A stretch of 64,000 nt of DNA from Sedimentisphaerales bacterium (lineage in GTDB: Bacteria > Planctomycetota > Phycisphaerae > Sedimentisphaerales > SM23-30), in the NCBI GenBank assembly GCA_963663965.2, contig CAXXFK010000028.1, positions 480,001-544,000 of the forward strand. The letters are read 5' to 3'. Both the position numbers and the translations under genes were made by a program. Under the pieces are notes generated by a model. It was not told the origin of the DNA. It worked only from the letters and a program-made list of their open reading frames with translations, and did no database searches. Numbering within the stretch: the stretch's first letter is position 1; every line of letters starts with the position of its first letter. Positions 60,452 through 64,000 of this stretch are shown piece after piece.

Positions 60452-62691
60452 TCAAGCAGGCGCCGCCTTATTGTCCGATGCGGATTCTTCGTCGGGATTT
60501 TCGTTTTCAACGGGCATCTGGAAAGGGGCCAGACCGAGGTTCGTTTCAATTTTTTCGGTTAGAGAAGCCAGGCGACCCAGTATCCGGTAATAGAGCGTCA
60601 TCAGTTTATCGATCACTTCTTCGGTATTGGGAAACACGGCCATAAAATGGTGGTCATCACTTAAGGTACTGGTCGCATAGCCTAAAATGGTAGTGGGACC
60701 ACCGGCGTGTTCAAATGGATATTCAACTTTTTCGAATTTATCGAGAACGGCCTGAAGGGTTAGCCGGGTATTGGCTGAGCTGGATTCGAGAATCTGGTAG
60801 ATATTGCCCGCCTGGGGATTTTGCTGCAGAATATTATAAAAACTGATGGCCTGGAACTGGGTGAATTGCAGATCGATCAGGCGGGGGAATTCCCGTGTCA
60901 AGGGGGGCAGGGATTTCAACATGCGGGTGATCACTGAGTGCCAGTCAGGGTTGAGTTGGAGTTCTTTGCGTACATCGGGATGCAGCAGGAGTTCCAGTCC
61001 GAGAATCAGTCGCTGCGACATGAGGTGTGCGATGTGATCCATTGGCTTGCTTGTGAGTTCGATTTGTTCCTGAGTCACACAGATGGCTTCAAACGCGGCG
61101 GCGGAGGTGGCGGATGTCAAGTGGAATTTGTCGGCATTGATTCGTATGTTATTATCGAGCATTGATTTGGCGAATTTAAAGCGGGCCAGTTCGCCGCGCA
61201 GGACGTTAATCTTTTTTCCGGCGGCGGTGGCATCTTCGATTTGGGCCTGGATTTCATTGCGCAGATTGAGAAGCTTTAAAGAGGTCCGTTCGATATCCTG
61301 AGTGGTGTGGGATTCGACTGGATTCCAGGGTGACGGGATTGTGAATCCGGATCAGATTTTGAAAGAAACGGCGATAGGCATTAAAGTCTTCTTTTTGCGA
61401 ATTCTGGTCGGAGAGATAGGCATCGGTTGGAATGAGGTTTTCACCGGTAACATTCAGTCCAACCTGATCGCGGTAAAAATCTTTGGTCACTTCCCGAGAG
61501 AGGCGGTCCAGGTTGCGAAATAATTGGCTGGCGGGTTCCTGAAAGTGAAAAAGGCCGTCTGAATGGTAAGACAGGATTTGTTCGATCCGCTGGCGGTCGG
61601 AAGGATGGGTGTCGAACAGATGTGTTTTCTGGTGTGATTGACTGGTTGTCAGCTTTTTCACAACATCATCGGGCAGGTTATGGTAATTATAAGCGATGAG
61701 GGCCATCATGTTATCGCAGAGCCTTTGATCTTTCCAACTTTCCTGGAGATCCTGAATGGTCATGTGGGATGCCACCGCCAGGAGTGGCAGCTTTCGTAAA
61801 GCATCGGCATAAACCTCGGCGCCTACCGTATCGACGGCGCAACGGTCCGCGTCCAGTTCCATCTGGCGTAACATGAAACTGCTGACCATATGGCCAAGCA
61901 TCATCAAGCCCCACAAGATACGCCGGTTGAGCCAGACAAAGGCACGGGCGCCATTGGCGATTAATCTGATCCAGTGTGAATTGACCCCGGCCAATTGTTC
62001 GAGTTTGTCATCCCATTCATCCCGTTCGTAGACCAGGCGGTAAAACCAGTTATTGATCGATCGGACGATGAAAGTGAGTCGCATACTGGCGCCTTGAGAG
62101 AAATGGCCGAATTCATGAGCCAGGACCCCGGTAAACTGGCGCAGGTTAAAGGCGGTTGCCAACGGCAGGCCAATGGTGAGGACCATGTCATTGCCGAAAA
62201 AGCTGAGCAGGCCCCGGCGGAAACCGGCCGAGGCGTTTACCTCACAGGTTACTTCGATACGGGCAGGCATCGGCGCTCCGATTGAATCGCACAGCCATTC
62301 AATAAATTCAAACATCAGCGGTTCCGATTCGCGGGAAATCCGATAGGGATGGTAATGGTCCTTATGACGCGCGAACAGAGGTTTGATCATAAAGACAATC
62401 GCAATGATACCGACCAGAATCGGGGCGATATACAGCAAGCCATGACCTCCGACACTGCCGGAATCCTCAACTGCCGGCCCGTGGTTCATATAATACCAGG
62501 TTCTCCAGGCAATCAACAGGCACAGGGCCAGGTATATGAACGGCAGAATAATTGTGGTCAGGGTGATAAAGAAGATACCAATCCGGTAGAGGAAAGAGAG
62601 CGGCCGTTTTTTTCAGATCATATTCTTTAAATGGTTGAAGAAATGGATGATCTTCAATCGAAGGCTGGGTTCCTTGGGACTGGTTTGTCAT
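60452..62691 (-). CDS. M48 family zinc metalloprotease, membrane-bound (two apparent +1 frameshifts)
   Basis: VNA.A, L.IGLPL, VLAHEFGHF.Q, E.DAD, DTHPSD. ORFs 62467-62691, 61254-62516 and 60452-61162 join after removing one T of T7 62607-62613 and one base near 61323. Confidence 0.8.
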
Positions 62692-62871
62692 AAAACCTCA
62701 CTCCCGGTTTTAATCTACAAAAGCACCGGACAGTTTTTTGAATGTTGCATGTTTGAGGAAAATTATTCAAGATACTTATATCTCTTCACTTAACTTGATA
62801 TTAATTTTGATTGATTTATAATTTTTGTCAAGTTGAAGTCTGAAAACATGCAGGCGTAGGTTGAAAATTAA

Positions 62872-62933
62872 TTGACAGATTCTAATTAACGGCTTAATAT
62901 ATTCATATAAGGAATGCGAGTTTCATATATGAA
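62872..62933 (+). promoter_or_regulatory. IclR gene promoter and putative operator
   Basis: TTGACA (62872)-17 bp-TAATAT (62895); palindrome TTCATATATGAA at 62922-62933 and a related site at 62901-62915. Confidence 0.6.
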
Positions 62934-63691
62934 TAAATATATTGTTCCAAATTTAAGTAAGGCCATGCAGATTTTGAAGCTGCTATCAGCGGCAGATGGC
63001 GGATTGAGCGCCCTTGAGCTGGAAGAACAGCTGGGAATGCCCCGGACGACGGTTTTTCGGATATTGAAAACCCTGATGTATGAGGGGATGGTGGAAAAGC
63101 GCAAGACCCAGTTTTATGCCGGGGCGGGTTTGTTCGAGATAGGATTGCATGCTTTGAGGGGGGCCCAATTGCGGGAAGCGGCGGTTCCGGTCTTGCAGGA
63201 ATTGACGGGGGCTACCAGTCAGAACCTCGCATCTGGCAATACCCAGTGGCTGGCATTCGTTGATATTGGAAGTATGTGACAGCCCGGCTCCTTTGCGTGT
63301 TGCATCACGTCCGGGAACGATGGCGGATTTGCACTGCTCGGCGACGGGCAAAATCTTCCTGACCTATTTATATCCCCAGCGCCTGGTGGAATTTATCGAG
63401 GTATTTAAACCGGAAATCAGGACGCCAAGGACACTGACCACATTGGAACAACTGCAACAGATGATTGAAGAGGTCCAGGAAAAGGGATTCGCGTGGGATG
63501 ATGAAGAATATCATCCGGGCATACGCTGTATGGCGGCTCCGGTATTCAATATGGAGCGGGAACTGGTGGCCGCAATCGGGATTACCGGTCCGGCGGAAAT
63601 AATGGGACGCCCGGAAGGTTTTACAAAAGCGAGAGAGGCAGTATGTAAAGCGGCCGCGCGGTTATCGTCGGCCCTGGGATATAAACAATGA
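62929..63691 (+). CDS. IclR/KdgR family transcriptional regulator (apparent +1 frameshift at 63223-63224)
   Basis: HTH L..A..IL...PRTTVFRIL.TL; LHCSATGK..L, G.A.DDEEY..G.RC.AAPV. Removing one A gives QTSHLAIP, typical of IclR. Confidence 0.9.
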
Positions 63692-63771
63692 GAACGGGAG
63701 AATAGGAAGTTTGTATTTGTCTAAATCCAAAGCAGGATTTAATAAGTATTCTATAATAAAGGGAGTTTGTA

Positions 63772-64000
63772 ATGAAAAACATGATATTGATTGTACTGAT
63801 GCTGGTTTTAGTAACGACGGGTTGCATGGGGGCGCGGCCCATGCCGGAAGCGATGCAACCGGATCAGATCAAGACAGTGATGGGCAAGGTGGCTGACTGG
63901 CAGATTGCGAATCCCAGCAAACATCATCCGGCAGACTGGACCCATGGCGCGCTTTACGCGGGGATGACGGCCTGGGCGCAGATGGCCGATACCGATGACT
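63772..64000 (+). CDS. GH105/GH88 unsaturated rhamnogalacturonyl hydrolase, lipoprotein (3'-truncated by window)
   Basis: Own translation: MKNMILIVLMLVLVTTGC...VMGKVADWQI...DWTHGALYAG; GGGAG RBS. Confidence 0.8.
   Translation, partial: MKNMILIVLMLVLVTTGCMGARPMPEAMQPDQIKTVMGKVADWQIANPSKHHPADWTHGALYAGMTAWAQMADTDD

Overview
Chromosomal window from a probable Planctomycetota bacterium (Phycisphaerae/Sedimentisphaerales-like, inferred from prepilin/DUF1559-type genes, ECF sigma-FecR pairs, PEP-CTERM and many dockerin-like C-termini). 0-24 kb holds mixed housekeeping and accessory genes: S41 protease, histone H1-like protein, ParA-like ATPase, a BlaI repressor with a 2000-aa BlaR1/M56 sensor, miaB, an HDOD protein, an Fe-alcohol dehydrogenase and a Spy/CpxP-repeat protein. 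26-31 kb holds three genes sharing one LamG-like domain (one PEP-CTERM, one metallophosphoesterase). 31-36 kb is a TonB receptor / substrate-binding protein / hybrid kinase operon. 40-64 kb is a large pectin (rhamnogalacturonan) utilisation locus (GH2, GH43, GH28, GH106, PL11, GH105, IclR) built around ECF sigma / FecR / pilin-like / LamG genes, with no SusCD in the window. The most unusual non-coding signals are: (i) a fixed-geometry 55-bp element, AAACRAACCCAM-N18-TRA-N19-TTA, present five times, three copies behind a strong promoter and boxA-like site in an ORF-free region and two inside an ORF; (ii) a compound tandem array of short iterated motifs at 25.0-25.6 kb; (iii) several MITE-like elements. 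Five +1 frameshifts at short base runs look like assembly errors. No rRNA, tRNA or CRISPR array was found.
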